Positions 26,342-36,680 are shown, counted from the first letter of the stretch. The stretch: DNA of 64,000 nucleotides from an uncultured Pseudomonadota bacterium (GCA_963770835.1 CAVYRH010000010.1:96001-160000), one strand, 5' to 3'. A program made the numbers and translations. Notes: generated by a model not told the origin, from the sequence alone.

Positions 26342-27308
26342 ACAAGTACATTTACCGGTTCTTTTAAAGGAAACGGTGGAATGGTTGTCCCCCCCTCCTG
26401 ACGGGGTCGTGCTGGATTTGACGGTCGGGATGGGCGGCCACGCGCAGGAGCTGTTGAAACACCTGCCGCAGGGCCGCTTGGTTGGGTTGGACCAGGATGT
26501 CGATGCCCTTCAACACGCCGGCCGAGCACTCAGGAAAGACCCACGGGTCTCCCTGTTCAAGGCTAACTTCGCCGACCTCCTGTGGGTGCTGAGAGAACTC
26601 TCGATCAGCGAGGTTAACAGCGTGTTGATGGATATCGGCGTATCCTCACTACAATTAGACACGGCGCAACGCGGCTTTTCCTTCAGCCAGGATGGCCCCC
26701 TGGACATGCGCATGGACCCCCACGCGGGCCACTCGGCCGCCTGGGTCGTGAATACCTACCCGGAAGAAAAGCTCTCCAAAGTCATCTTTGAATTCGGCGA
26801 GGAGCCCAAAGCCCGCGCCCTGGCCCGCGCCATCGTCAAGGCCCGGGGAGAAAAGCACATCGAAACAACCGGCGAGCTCGCCGCCCTGGCCCTGCGGGTT
26901 TGTGGAAAGCCCCGTTCCAAGCGGGGGGAGCATTCCCGGCACCCGGCCACCCGCCTTTTCCAAGCCATCCGCATCGAAGTCAACCGCGAGCTGGAGGTCC
27001 TTGAAAAAGGCCTTAAAACAGCCCTTTCCTTCTTAAAGCCGGGCGGCCGCATCGCCGTCATCACCTTTCATTCGCTGGAAGACCGCATCGTTAAGCAGTT
27101 CTTCAAAGCTGAAGCCACTGATTGCCTTTGCCCCCCGGACATTCCCCAATGCGTGTGCGGCCATAAGGCCTCGCTCAAGATATTGACCGGAAAGCCGGTG
27201 ACGGCCTCCGAGGCGGAAGTGCAGCAAAACCCCCGGGCCCGAAGCGCCAAGCTGAGGGTGGCGGAGAAACTTCAGTCGACAGTCGACAGTTGGCAGCCGA
27301 CAGCTTAA
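26331..27308 (+). CDS. rsmH: 16S rRNA m4C1402 methyltransferase; start approximate
   Basis: HLPVLL.E, D.TVG.GGH, DIGVSS.QLD, PLDMRMD, FQAIRIEVN, FHSLEDR, NPRARSAKLR. Confidence 0.97.
   Translation: MKAEQVHLPVLLKETVEWLSPPPDGVVLDLTVGMGGHAQELLKHLPQGRLVGLDQDVDALQHAGRALRKDPRVSLFKANFADLLWVLRELSISEVNSVLMDIGVSSLQLDTAQRGFSFSQDGPLDMRMDPHAGHSAAWVVNTYPEEKLSKVIFEFGEEPKARALARAIVKARGEKHIETTGELAALALRVCGKPRSKRGEHSRHPATRLFQAIRIEVNRELEVLEKGLKTALSFLKPGGRIAVITFHSLEDRIVKQFFKAEATDCLCPPDIPQCVCGHKASLKILTGKPVTASEAEVQQNPRARSAKLRVAEKLQSTVDSWQPTA
27273..27305 (+). repeat. Heptamer array read through as the RsmH C-terminal tail
   Basis: CAGTCGA CAGTCGA CAGTTGG CAGCCGA CAGCT encodes QSTVDSWQPTA. Confidence 0.8.
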
Positions 27309-27324
27309 AAGGCGAAGAGGAACC

Positions 27325-27756
27325 ATGCAGACAACCGACACGCTGAATATCGGGATGAAAAAGGCGGGGGAAATCCTCGATGCGGGCCTTTTTTGGCGCG
27401 GCAACCTGGCCAAAGCCGTCAGGCGCCGGGATTTCAAAGGGACCCTCTGGGGTGTCCTGGCCCTGAGCCTCTTCCTCTTCTTCTATGTCTGGCAGCATAT
27501 GCAGGTGGTCAAGCTCGGTTACGAGGTGCAAGGGCTCAAAATGGAAAAACAACAGCTGACCAACCAGTATTACTACCTCAGGTACCAGATGTACGACGTG
27601 AACAGCCTGACAAGGGTGGAACAGGTCGCGAGGGAACAATTGGGGATGGTGACGCCCCGCGGGGACCAGATCGTGATCCTGGATGACGGCGCGCATTTTT
27701 ACCCCAAGTGGTTTTCGTTTTGGACCGCTACCATGAAAAAAACGGATAAGCCATGA
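27325..27756 (+). CDS. ftsL: Cell division protein FtsL
   Basis: Position between rsmH and ftsI; one TM, coiled coil, RVEQVAREQLGMVTP. Confidence 0.9.
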   Translation: MQTTDTLNIGMKKAGEILDAGLFWRGNLAKAVRRRDFKGTLWGVLALSLFLFFYVWQHMQVVKLGYEVQGLKMEKQQLTNQYYYLRYQMYDVNSLTRVEQVAREQLGMVTPRGDQIVILDDGAHFYPKWFSFWTATMKKTDKP

Positions 27757-29894
27757 GCGGATTGAAAAATTACTCCCGAATGCAAAAGCGCCTTTTACTG
27801 CTGGAGGCCTGTGTCCTTTGCGCCGTGTTTTGTGTGGAAGGCCGCCTAGTCTACCTACAGGTGTTTAAACACACGGAATTCCGCCAACTGGCCTACCACC
27901 AGCAATACACGCCCCGGGAAACCAGTCCCTCCCGCGGCGTCATCGAGGATAGGTCGGGGGCCTTGCTAGCGGTGAACATCGACCTCTTTAATGTTTGCGC
28001 CCATCCCAGCCAGATTACGGACAAGGCTTCCACGGCGGCGGCCCTATCCCGGGCCTTGGGACAACCTTACAGCGAGGTGCTTTCCAAGATTTCCGGCGAC
28101 AAACCCTTTGCTTGGGTGGCCCGCCAAGTGCCCTATGAAAGATCAGAGGCGGTGGAAAGCTTGAAACTCCAGGGCATCGAGGCTTCGCGAGAGGAAAGGC
28201 GCTTTTATCCCGACCATGAGATGGCCGCCCACGTGCTGGGGTTCGCCGGTATCGACAACCAGGGATTGAGCGGGTTGGAACGTTCCTACGACGGAAATTT
28301 GACCGGAAAAAAAGGATTCGTCATGGCCGAGCGGGACGCACGGGGCCGTTTGGTCTTGGCCGACAACAAGTCCGTGAAGGCCAGCGTGGACGGATTGAAC
28401 GTCGTCACCACGCTGGACAAGACTATCCAGCATATCGCACAGGTCGAGTTGGAAAAGGCCTTCGAGAAATACCGCTGCAAGGCGGCCTCCATTGTGGTAA
28501 TGGACCCCCATACGGGTCAAATCCTGGCCCTGGCCAACTACCCCAATTTCGACCCGAATCATTTCAACGCGGTATCCGGGGAATGCTGGAAAGACCGCGT
28601 GGTGAACGACGAATTCGAGCCAGGCAGCACTTTCAAGCTGATCGCGGCGGTGGGAGCCCTGGAAGAGGGCGTGGTGAACGAGGACGATAAGTTTTTCTGC
28701 GAAAACGGGGCTTATCACACCGATTACGGCCGCACCGTGACCGACCACGAGAAGTACGGCTGGCTGACCTTCCGGGAAATCTTCGGCTATTCCAGCAACA
28801 TCGGCATGGTGAAGGTCAGTACCAAGCTCGGGAAAGAAAATCTCTACCGCTACGCCAAACGATTCGGCATCGGGGACCTGACGGGCATCGACTTGCCGGG
28901 CGAGGCACCCGGCAAATTGAGGCCCTTGGACAAATGGAGCGGCTTGTCGCTGACCTCCATCCCCTATGGCTACGAGGTCTCAACGACTCCCATCCAGATG
29001 CTCACCGCCTATGCCGCCATCGCCAACGGCGGCATCATGATGAAGCCCTATGTGGTCAAGGCTTTGGAAACCTCCGACGGGAAGGTAGTCAAGGAATTCG
29101 AGCCCGAAAGAATCCGGCGGGTTTGTTCGCCCCGGACCGTGAAGCGCATCACCGAGATGATGAAATGGGCCGTGGAAAAAGGGACGGGCACGGCGGTGGC
29201 CCTTCCGTCCTACTCCATCGCGGGAAAAACAGGCACGGCCTATAAGTTCATGAACGGCAAGTATTCCAAGTACAACTATGTTTCCTCCTTTATTGGTTTC
29301 GTGCCGGCCGAGAACCCGAAATTCGCCATTTACGTTTCATTGGACGATCCCAGGGGCATTTACTGGGGCGGCTACACGGCCGGACCGGTTTTTAAAGAAG
29401 TTGCCAAACGGGCCTTGGTCTATGACCTGGTCCCGGGTGAGAACCAAGTGCCGGAGATGGGTCTGGCCCAAGAACAACATTCCGTTCCCGCTTTCACGGG
29501 TTTGACTCCCGAACAGTGCAAATGGCTGGCCCAAGAGGACGGCCTTAAAATCAAATTTAACGGCAAGGGTGAGCGCGTGGTGTCGCAATCCCAACCCGCC
29601 GGGGAAGCGCTGCAATCGGAAAACAACAAACCGGCCAAGCTGTTTTTGACCCTGGGCGAACCCCAAGGGGAAAACGCCAAAGGTGTCATGCCGGAATTAA
29701 AGGGAAAGACTAAACGCCAGGCGCTGGCCCTTTTGGCGCCCTTGGGGATGCACGTGAATTTCAAGGGCGAGGGCGTGGTGCGGTCGCAGTTTCCGCCCGC
29801 GGGCCGGGCGGTCCAAAATGGAACGCCCTGTGACCTGAGCTGTGAGGTGCCCGTGGCCAATATGGCTTCCGCCGGCAGGGAGGGGAATTCATGA
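27753..29894 (+). CDS. ftsI: Class B penicillin-binding protein with two C-terminal PASTA-like domains
   Basis: RG.I.DR, R.YP, EPGSTFK, SSN, KTGTA; tails VPAFTGLT and MPELKGKTKR. Confidence 0.95.
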   Translation: MSGLKNYSRMQKRLLLLEACVLCAVFCVEGRLVYLQVFKHTEFRQLAYHQQYTPRETSPSRGVIEDRSGALLAVNIDLFNVCAHPSQITDKASTAAALSRALGQPYSEVLSKISGDKPFAWVARQVPYERSEAVESLKLQGIEASREERRFYPDHEMAAHVLGFAGIDNQGLSGLERSYDGNLTGKKGFVMAERDARGRLVLADNKSVKASVDGLNVVTTLDKTIQHIAQVELEKAFEKYRCKAASIVVMDPHTGQILALANYPNFDPNHFNAVSGECWKDRVVNDEFEPGSTFKLIAAVGALEEGVVNEDDKFFCENGAYHTDYGRTVTDHEKYGWLTFREIFGYSSNIGMVKVSTKLGKENLYRYAKRFGIGDLTGIDLPGEAPGKLRPLDKWSGLSLTSIPYGYEVSTTPIQMLTAYAAIANGGIMMKPYVVKALETSDGKVVKEFEPERIRRVCSPRTVKRITEMMKWAVEKGTGTAVALPSYSIAGKTGTAYKFMNGKYSKYNYVSSFIGFVPAENPKFAIYVSLDDPRGIYWGGYTAGPVFKEVAKRALVYDLVPGENQVPEMGLAQEQHSVPAFTGLTPEQCKWLAQEDGLKIKFNGKGERVVSQSQPAGEALQSENNKPAKLFLTLGEPQGENAKGVMPELKGKTKRQALALLAPLGMHVNFKGEGVVRSQFPPAGRAVQNGTPCDLSCEVPVANMASAGREGNS

Positions 29895-31372
29895 AATTCC
29901 TGGCCCTGTCCAAAAAATTGAAAGGCGCGAAGGTGGTAGGAAAGGGAAACCCGGTTCTGAGCGGCATCTCCGAAAACTCCAAAGCGACCCAACCGGGAGA
30001 ACTCTTCGTTTGCATTCCGGGAGCAAAGGCGGACGGCCGGGCCTATGCCGAGGAGGCGGTTCAATTGGGAGCCAAGGCCGTGGTCGTCCAAGAGAATCCC
30101 CTCAAGGGCCTCGCCGTGCCCCAACTGGTGGTCAAAGACAGCCGTGAAGCCATTGCCCGCCTGGCCCATTTTTACTACGTGAATCCCTCGAAAAAGGTCA
30201 AGACGATCGGAGTGACAGGCACCAAGGGTAAAACTACGACCACTTATCTCATCCGCGCCATCTTGGAAAGGGTGGGGCAGCCGGCCGGGTTGATCGGCAC
30301 CATCGCTTACCAGATCGGCTCGAAGGTTTACGAGGCCAACAACACCACCCCCTCCTCCCTGACTATCGTGAAACTTTTGGACGAGATGCGCCGCCAAAAA
30401 TGCAAATGGGCGGTCATGGAGGTTTCCTCCCACGCGCTGGAAATGAAGCGGGTCCTGGGGGTCGAATTCGCGGGAGCGGTTTTCACCAACCTGGGGCGGG
30501 ACCACCTGGACTACCACAAGAATTTCGCCAATTACTTCCTGGCCAAGCGCCGCCTTTTCACGGAGTTCAAAACCGTCAAGGCCCGTGCCGTCAATGCCGA
30601 CGATCCTTATGGCCAAAAACTATTGAGGGAATTGAAATCCAAGGCGGTGGGTTACGGCATCAAGAACAAATGCGCCTACCGGGCAACCAACGTGGAGCAC
30701 AAACCGGGTTTGATCCGTTTTGAGGTCCAGGGCCAGAAATTTGAGGCGCCCTTGACGGGCCTCTTCAACATTTACAACTCGCTGGCGGCCCTATCGGTGT
30801 TAAGGGAACTGGGCCTTTCCTGGGAAGCGTTGAAGGACGGCTTGAAGCACGCTCCCGCCGTTCCGGGACGGTTCGAGGAAGTTTCGGCGGGACAGGAATT
30901 CACGGTTTTGGTGGATTACGCCCATACCCCCGACGCATTGAAACAGGCCCTGGTTGCCTCCCGGGAGATCTTGGGGAAAAAGAGCCATCACCGGCTGATT
31001 TCGGTCTTTGGATGTGGTGGGGATAGGGACAAAACCAAACGACCCCTCATGGGGAAGATTTCCACCCAATTGGCCGACTTGACGGTAGTGACATCGGACA
31101 ATCCCCGGACGGAAAAACCCTCGGCCATTTTGGGGGACATCTTGCGGGGCATTCCCCAGCCCTTGATGCAAAACGGCCACCGGCGGGTTTGGGTGGAAGA
31201 GGAGAGAGGGGCGGCCATTCGCCAAGCCCTGTCCATGGCCCAAAAAGGGGATCTGGTTTTGATTGCCGGCAAAGGGCATGAGACTTACCAGATTATCGGA
31301 AACGAGAAACACCATTTCGACGACCGGGAAGTTGCCAGGGAAATATTGAAGAAGATGACGAAGGCATCCTAG
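29891..31372 (+). CDS. murE: UDP-MurNAc-tripeptide ligase (mDAP-type DNPR motif)
   Basis: GVTGTKGKTTT, MEVSSHAL, DHLDYH, DYAHTPD, SDNPR, GKGHE. Confidence 0.97.
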   Translation: MKFLALSKKLKGAKVVGKGNPVLSGISENSKATQPGELFVCIPGAKADGRAYAEEAVQLGAKAVVVQENPLKGLAVPQLVVKDSREAIARLAHFYYVNPSKKVKTIGVTGTKGKTTTTYLIRAILERVGQPAGLIGTIAYQIGSKVYEANNTTPSSLTIVKLLDEMRRQKCKWAVMEVSSHALEMKRVLGVEFAGAVFTNLGRDHLDYHKNFANYFLAKRRLFTEFKTVKARAVNADDPYGQKLLRELKSKAVGYGIKNKCAYRATNVEHKPGLIRFEVQGQKFEAPLTGLFNIYNSLAALSVLRELGLSWEALKDGLKHAPAVPGRFEEVSAGQEFTVLVDYAHTPDALKQALVASREILGKKSHHRLISVFGCGGDRDKTKRPLMGKISTQLADLTVVTSDNPRTEKPSAILGDILRGIPQPLMQNGHRRVWVEEERGAAIRQALSMAQKGDLVLIAGKGHETYQIIGNEKHHFDDREVAREILKKMTKAS

Positions 31373-32712
31373 TGCTTCCCTGGACTTTGAGGGAAGCGGC
31401 GGCACTGGTGAACGGGCGGCTGGTGAAAGAAGAAGCTGAGACCCGAATTACGGGCGTTTCGCACGACACAAGGAACGTAAAGCGGGGGGATCTCTTCGTT
31501 GCCATCGTGGGGGCCCGGTTGGACGGGCACCGGTTTTTAAGGCAGGCGGCCCGGAAGGGAGCCAAGGCGGCGGTGGTTTCAAGGCTCATGCCGGGGAACC
31601 TGCCGCAAATTCTGGTGAAGAACACGACGGAGGCTTTGGGGCAAATGGGGAGGGCCCAAAGGCTCCAGTGGGACGGGCCAGTGGTGGCGGTGACAGGCAG
31701 CGTGGGAAAAACCACGGTGAAGGACATGACGGCCCACCTCCTGAAAGGATCCTTCCGGGTCTTGAAGACCCAGGGGAACCTGAACAATCAATGGGGCCTG
31801 CCGCTCACCCTGTTGAAACTGACGAAGGAGCATGAGGCAGCGGTAGTGGAAATAGGGATCAATCATCCGGGGGAAATGGAAAAGTTGTCCGAGATTACCC
31901 GGCCGGATGTGGCGGTGGTGACCGTCATCGGGGAATCGCACATGGGGTTTTTCAAGAGCCGCCGGCACTTGGCGGAGGAGAAGCAGAAGATCGCGGCACA
32001 TTTAAGAAAGGGAGGAACCAATATCTTGAACGCGGACGACACCTTGTTGAGGAAGAACGTTGAGAACGTCATGACCTTCGGCTTGAAGCTGGGGCAAGTG
32101 CGGGCCATCCACCTAGAAGCCGACGGCTTGGGAACCCGCTTTGAAATCCAGGCGGAAGGCGAGACTGCGGCTGCCCGCCTTTCTATGCCGGGTGCCCACA
32201 ATGTCCGCAACTCCCTGGCGGCGGTTTCAGCGGGGCTAACCCTGGGCGTTCCCTTGAAGGCCCTGGCCCAGCGCCTGAAGACCTTCGTTTCCGAGGCGCC
32301 TATGCGCATGGAAATCAAGAACCTGGGCGGGGTCCTCTTCATCAACGACGCTTACAACGCTTCTCCCACTTCCATGGAAGCGGCCTTGGTTACCTTCGCC
32401 GGAATGCAAGGTCCCCAACGCAAATGGGCGGTTCTGGGCGACATGCTGGAACTAGGGGAGTTTTCACCCGAGACTCATTTCCGGATCGTGAAAAGGGCGG
32501 TGGAGAGCGGCTTTGAGGGAATCCTGCTGGTGGGCCTGCGCATGCAAAGGGCCTTGAATGGCCTGGCGGAAACCCAAAAGGAGAAGGTGCGGGTTTTTGG
32601 GGAGGTTTCCGACGCCCGGGCCTATTTGCGGCGGTCGGTCCAGAGGGGTGACGCGGTTTTATTGAAAGCCTCTCGCGGGATGAGGTTGGAAAAAATCTTG
32701 GAGGGGTTTTGA
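31372..32712 (+). CDS. murF: UDP-MurNAc-pentapeptide synthetase
   Basis: VTGSVGKTTVK, NNQWGLP, INDAYNASP, LGDMLELG, LLKASRG. Confidence 0.97.
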   Translation: MLPWTLREAAALVNGRLVKEEAETRITGVSHDTRNVKRGDLFVAIVGARLDGHRFLRQAARKGAKAAVVSRLMPGNLPQILVKNTTEALGQMGRAQRLQWDGPVVAVTGSVGKTTVKDMTAHLLKGSFRVLKTQGNLNNQWGLPLTLLKLTKEHEAAVVEIGINHPGEMEKLSEITRPDVAVVTVIGESHMGFFKSRRHLAEEKQKIAAHLRKGGTNILNADDTLLRKNVENVMTFGLKLGQVRAIHLEADGLGTRFEIQAEGETAAARLSMPGAHNVRNSLAAVSAGLTLGVPLKALAQRLKTFVSEAPMRMEIKNLGGVLFINDAYNASPTSMEAALVTFAGMQGPQRKWAVLGDMLELGEFSPETHFRIVKRAVESGFEGILLVGLRMQRALNGLAETQKEKVRVFGEVSDARAYLRRSVQRGDAVLLKASRGMRLEKILEGF

Positions 32713-32713
32713 A

Positions 32714-32908
32714 ATGCTTTCCTTGAAACGCTTCCTGGACGGCTTGGCCGACGAGGACCATCCTTTCCGCCGGGGCCCGGATATGCGGAAGGGCTCAGCC
32801 CTTCCGACTGAGGAAATGAAAGGAACGGCCAAGGTGCGGTCCGAAAGAACCTCCGTTTCGACGGAACAACAAACGCGGTTTTACTTCATGAGACTCAACA
32901 AAAACTAA
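32714..32908 (+). CDS. Small hypothetical protein (64 aa) between murF and mraY
   Basis: ATG 1 nt after the murF stop with GGAGG SD; fills the gap to mraY. Confidence 0.45.
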   Translation: MLSLKRFLDGLADEDHPFRRGPDMRKGSALPTEEMKGTAKVRSERTSVSTEQQTRFYFMRLNKN

Positions 32909-32918
32909 GGACGAGAGA

Positions 32919-34007
32919 ATGCTTTATCACTTGCTTTATCCGCTCGCGAACCACTTTATCGGCTTCAATGTCTTCCGTTATGTGACGTTCCGGAGCGTTT
33001 ACGCCGCCGTTACGGCCTTCGCCCTTTGCCTCCTGTTGGGGCGCACGGTGATCGCCCGAATCCAGGCGGCCCAGCTTGGCGAGAAAATACGCCAAGACGG
33101 CCCTGCCGGCCATTCGTCCAAGGCGGGGACCCCGACCATGGGCGGCATCCTTATCCTTTTGACCCTGGCCTTGAGCGGACTGCTTTGGGTGCGGTGGGAT
33201 TCACGGTTGTTTTGGTTGGCCTTTTTTTCACTTCTTTGGTTTGGAACCCTTGGGTTTTTGGACGACCTGATCAAATTAAAAGGAATCGGCAAGAGCCGAG
33301 GCATCCCTAGTGGCTGGAAACTGATGATTCAATTCATCGGGGCCATCCTCATCGTATACGGTTATATGGATGCCCTGCCGGACGAATTCATTTTGAAAAC
33401 CTCGATCACCCTTCCTTTCTTCAAGCACCCCCTTAACCTGGACGTCCTTTATCCTTTTTTCGCGGTTTTGGTCATCGTCAGCGCCTCGAACTCGGTCAAC
33501 CTGACGGACGGCCTTGACGGCTTGGCCATCGGCTGCACGACTTTCGCCGCCATGGCCTTCGTGGTAGTCACCTATGTGTCCGGTAACGTGAAGTTCAGCG
33601 AATACCTCAAGATCATCCAGGTTCCGGGAGCCAGCGAATTGACGGTGGTTTGCGCGGCCTTGGTGGGTGCGGGATTGGGTTTCCTTTGGTTCAACGCCCC
33701 GCCGGCCCAGATCTTCATGGGCGATACGGGGTCCCTGGCCCTGGGCGGCCTTTTGGGGACGATCGCGGTCATGGTGAAACAGGAAATCCTCCTCATCATC
33801 GTCGGCGGCATTTTCGTGGTGGAGGCGCTTTCGGTGATCATCCAGGTGGCCTCCTTCAAGATGAGCGGGAAGAGAGTTTTTAGGATGGCGCCCCTCCACC
33901 ACCATTTCGAACTTTCGGGCGTGCCGGAGTCCAAGCTCATCGTTCGGTTTTGGATCATCGCCATTATTCTTACTTTGCTGACGTTGAGCACCTTGAAACT
34001 TCGTTAA
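32919..34007 (+). CDS. mraY: Phospho-MurNAc-pentapeptide transferase
   Basis: KAGTPTMGG, NLTDGLDGL, IFMGDTGSL, MAPLHHHFE. Confidence 0.98.
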   Translation: MLYHLLYPLANHFIGFNVFRYVTFRSVYAAVTAFALCLLLGRTVIARIQAAQLGEKIRQDGPAGHSSKAGTPTMGGILILLTLALSGLLWVRWDSRLFWLAFFSLLWFGTLGFLDDLIKLKGIGKSRGIPSGWKLMIQFIGAILIVYGYMDALPDEFILKTSITLPFFKHPLNLDVLYPFFAVLVIVSASNSVNLTDGLDGLAIGCTTFAAMAFVVVTYVSGNVKFSEYLKIIQVPGASELTVVCAALVGAGLGFLWFNAPPAQIFMGDTGSLALGGLLGTIAVMVKQEILLIIVGGIFVVEALSVIIQVASFKMSGKRVFRMAPLHHHFELSGVPESKLIVRFWIIAIILTLLTLSTLKLR

Positions 34008-34016
34008 AGGGAACCC

Positions 34017-35396
34017 ATGCATTACGTCCACGGAAAACAAGTAGCGGTCATCGGGTTGGGGCGGTCCGGTTACGCGGCGGCCCGGCTCTTATCCGTCCAT
34101 GGGGCCCATGTGGCGGTCCTGGACGACAAGACCCCAGAGAAACTCGCGACCTGGATCGAGAAAGCCAAGGAACTAGCCCATGTAAAGCTGATGTTGGGCG
34201 GAATCGACCCGGTTACTGTGGCCAATGCGGACCTCGTGGTGGTTTCACCGGGCGTGCCGGCGAAACACCCGGCACTGGAAACGGCACGGGAAAAGGGAGT
34301 CGCCGTGATCGGCGAGATGGAATTGGCCTTCGGCTATTGCCCTGCGCCGGTGGCGGCCATCACAGGCACCAACGGCAAAACAACGACCACCACACTGACT
34401 ACCGCCATGATCCAGGCGGGGGGTAAAAAGGCCATCGCCTGCGGCAATATCGGCAAAGCTTTCGCCGAAACGGTTTTCGAGCTTTCCTCCGAGGATTGGG
34501 CGGTCCTAGAGGTTTCCAGCTTTCAGTTGGAAACCATCGAGGAATTCCGGCCCCAGGTGGCCGCGGTTTTGAACGTAACCCCGGACCACTTGGACCGGCA
34601 CCAGGGCATGCAGGATTACGTGCAGACCAAGGGGCGTATTTTTGAGAACCAAAAACCGGAAGATGGCGCTCTTTTGAACGCTTCCGATAAATACACCCCC
34701 ATTCTTTCCAGCATGGTGAAGGGCCAGCTTTATTTCTTCGGCTTCCCCGGGGCGAAGGAAATCCAAAAGCCCGGCTGTTACGCCATTGGCGACAAGATCG
34801 AGCTATTGGGACGGCCCTTGATCGCTATGTCGGAACTCAAAATTCCAGGGCCGCATAACGTTGAAAACGCTTGCGCCGCCGCCCTGACGGCTTCCCTCTG
34901 TGGAGCATCGGATGATGCCATCGTCAAAACCCTCCGGGAATTTACCGGAGTGGAGCACCGATTAGAAGCGGCGGGCGAGATCAACGGAATCCGTTTCGTG
35001 AACGATTCCAAGGGAACCAACGTGGATTCGGTGTTGAAGGCCCTGGAAAGCTTCGAGAAGCCTATTGTTTTGATCCTGGGAGGGCGTGACAAGGCGGGGG
35101 ATTTCACCCGACTGGCCTCCCTGGTGAAGGAAAAAGTGACCCGCATCGTGGCTTTTGGGGAATGTAAACAAAAGATCGTGCAGCAGCTTTCCCAGGCAGC
35201 CACGGTGGTGGAGGCGGGCACGCTGGAAGAGACGGTGAACGGGGCCTATGCCGCCTGCGGAAAGGGCGGGGTGGTCCTGTTCTCGCCCGGTTGCGCCAGC
35301 TTCGACATGTTCCAGAACTATGAGGATCGGGGACGGCAGTTCAAGGCCGTGATAAAGAAGATGGCCCAGCAAACGGCTGGAAAAGTTAACGTTTAA
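34017..35396 (+). CDS. murD: UDP-MurNAc-L-Ala--D-Glu ligase
   Basis: GLGRSG, ITGTNGKTTT, LEVSSFQL, DHLDRH, NDSKGTN, SPGCASFD. Confidence 0.97.
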   Translation: MHYVHGKQVAVIGLGRSGYAAARLLSVHGAHVAVLDDKTPEKLATWIEKAKELAHVKLMLGGIDPVTVANADLVVVSPGVPAKHPALETAREKGVAVIGEMELAFGYCPAPVAAITGTNGKTTTTTLTTAMIQAGGKKAIACGNIGKAFAETVFELSSEDWAVLEVSSFQLETIEEFRPQVAAVLNVTPDHLDRHQGMQDYVQTKGRIFENQKPEDGALLNASDKYTPILSSMVKGQLYFFGFPGAKEIQKPGCYAIGDKIELLGRPLIAMSELKIPGPHNVENACAAALTASLCGASDDAIVKTLREFTGVEHRLEAAGEINGIRFVNDSKGTNVDSVLKALESFEKPIVLILGGRDKAGDFTRLASLVKEKVTRIVAFGECKQKIVQQLSQAATVVEAGTLEETVNGAYAACGKGGVVLFSPGCASFDMFQNYEDRGRQFKAVIKKMAQQTAGKVNV

Positions 35397-35497
35397 TTAA
35401 AGAAAGGAGTTTCATTCTTACGCTCGGATTCTGAGATCAACACCTACCAATGCCTTTTCCACACCTTCGACGCCTTGCTCGGAATCCGAACGGAAGG

Positions 35498-36676
35498 ATG
35501 AAACCAAAAATGAGCTTTCGGAAAAAAGAACAAGCTTCGCCGGACTTCTTGATGTTCCTGTTGACCCTCATTTTGGTCACGGTGGGACTCATCATGATTT
35601 ACAGCGCATCGGCCATCCTGGCCCATGACCGCTATGGCAATTCCTATTACTTCTTCGCGCGCCAGCTGGTCTGGGTTTTGGTGGGAAGCGCGGGGATGTG
35701 GGTGGCCTCGCGGGTAGACCTGGAATCCATGAGGGCTTTGGCCATTCCCGGCCTCTTTGTGGCCATTTTATTGATGGCTTTGGTTTGTGTGCCGGGCATC
35801 GGCAAGACCGTCGGCGGAGCCCAAAGATGGTTCCGCCTTGGTCCCTTTTCGTTTCAGCCCTCCGAAATCCTGAAGATTGCCTTGGTGTTCTACCTGGCGG
35901 ATTCGCTGGAAAGGCGCAAACAAACCCTGGTGAACTTTTCGGGGCTATTTCCTTGCCTGGCGATTTTGGGGGTTTGCATGCTGCTTTTGGAAAAACAACA
36001 CGATTTTGGAACGGCGGTGCTCCTGGCCTTGGTGACCATTCTTCTCCTATTCCTGGCCGGGATTCAGTGGACTTTTTTTCTGATCCCCCTCTCGATCCTG
36101 ATCCCCGTTTTCATCTTTTTGGTGGAATCCGCCAATTACCGCATGAAGCGCATTGCGGCCTTCCTCAACCCTTGGGACGACCCCCAGGGAGCAGGTTTCC
36201 AACTGATCCAGAGCCTGATCGCGGTGGGGAATGGCGGGCTCCGCGGCGTGGGGCTTGCCAACAGCACCCAAAAGCTTTTTTACCTTCCCGCGCCCCATAC
36301 CGACTTCATTTTCGCCGTCATTGCTGAGGAATTGGGGCTTTGGGGGGCGGGAACCCTGGTGTTTCTTTTCGCAATCTTCATCCTGCGGGGTTTCAAAGTG
36401 GCTTCGGTGGTCGGCGAAAGGGAGGGAGGTCTTTTCCTCTCGCTCCTGGCCTCGGGCATCACGGGGCTGATCGGTTTCCAGGCGCTGGTGAACCTGGGGG
36501 TTGTGACGGGGCTTTTGCCCACTAAGGGGATTCCCCTGCCGCTCATTTCTTACGGCGGTTCGTCCATGGTTTTCACCCTGGTCTCCATCGGAATTCTCTT
36601 CAACATCTCCCGGGGAATCAAACTGCCGCAACCCTTGACGCCAACTGTCGGCTATCGGCCGACAGCCGTCAACTGA
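35498..36676 (+). CDS. ftsW: SEDS peptidoglycan polymerase FtsW; start could be 35510
   Basis: MIYSAS, GAQRW, FQPSE, HTDFIF, PLISYGGSS. Confidence 0.96.
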   Translation: MKPKMSFRKKEQASPDFLMFLLTLILVTVGLIMIYSASAILAHDRYGNSYYFFARQLVWVLVGSAGMWVASRVDLESMRALAIPGLFVAILLMALVCVPGIGKTVGGAQRWFRLGPFSFQPSEILKIALVFYLADSLERRKQTLVNFSGLFPCLAILGVCMLLLEKQHDFGTAVLLALVTILLLFLAGIQWTFFLIPLSILIPVFIFLVESANYRMKRIAAFLNPWDDPQGAGFQLIQSLIAVGNGGLRGVGLANSTQKLFYLPAPHTDFIFAVIAEELGLWGAGTLVFLFAIFILRGFKVASVVGEREGGLFLSLLASGITGLIGFQALVNLGVVTGLLPTKGIPLPLISYGGSSMVFTLVSIGILFNISRGIKLPQPLTPTVGYRPTAVN

Positions 36677-36680
36677 CAAC
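36639..36680 (-). repeat. Heptamer array (reverse orientation) overlapping the ftsW 3' end
   Basis: Minus strand GTTGTCA GTTGACG GCTGTCG GCCGATA GCCGACA GTTGGCG. Confidence 0.7.

Noticed and set aside
35450..35497. Upstream extensions from the ORF track (also 962, 8528, 15506, 15935, 25510, 39189, 46276, 50476, 58572, 60618)
   Set aside because: Downstream starts have better SD sequences or gene-overlap geometry
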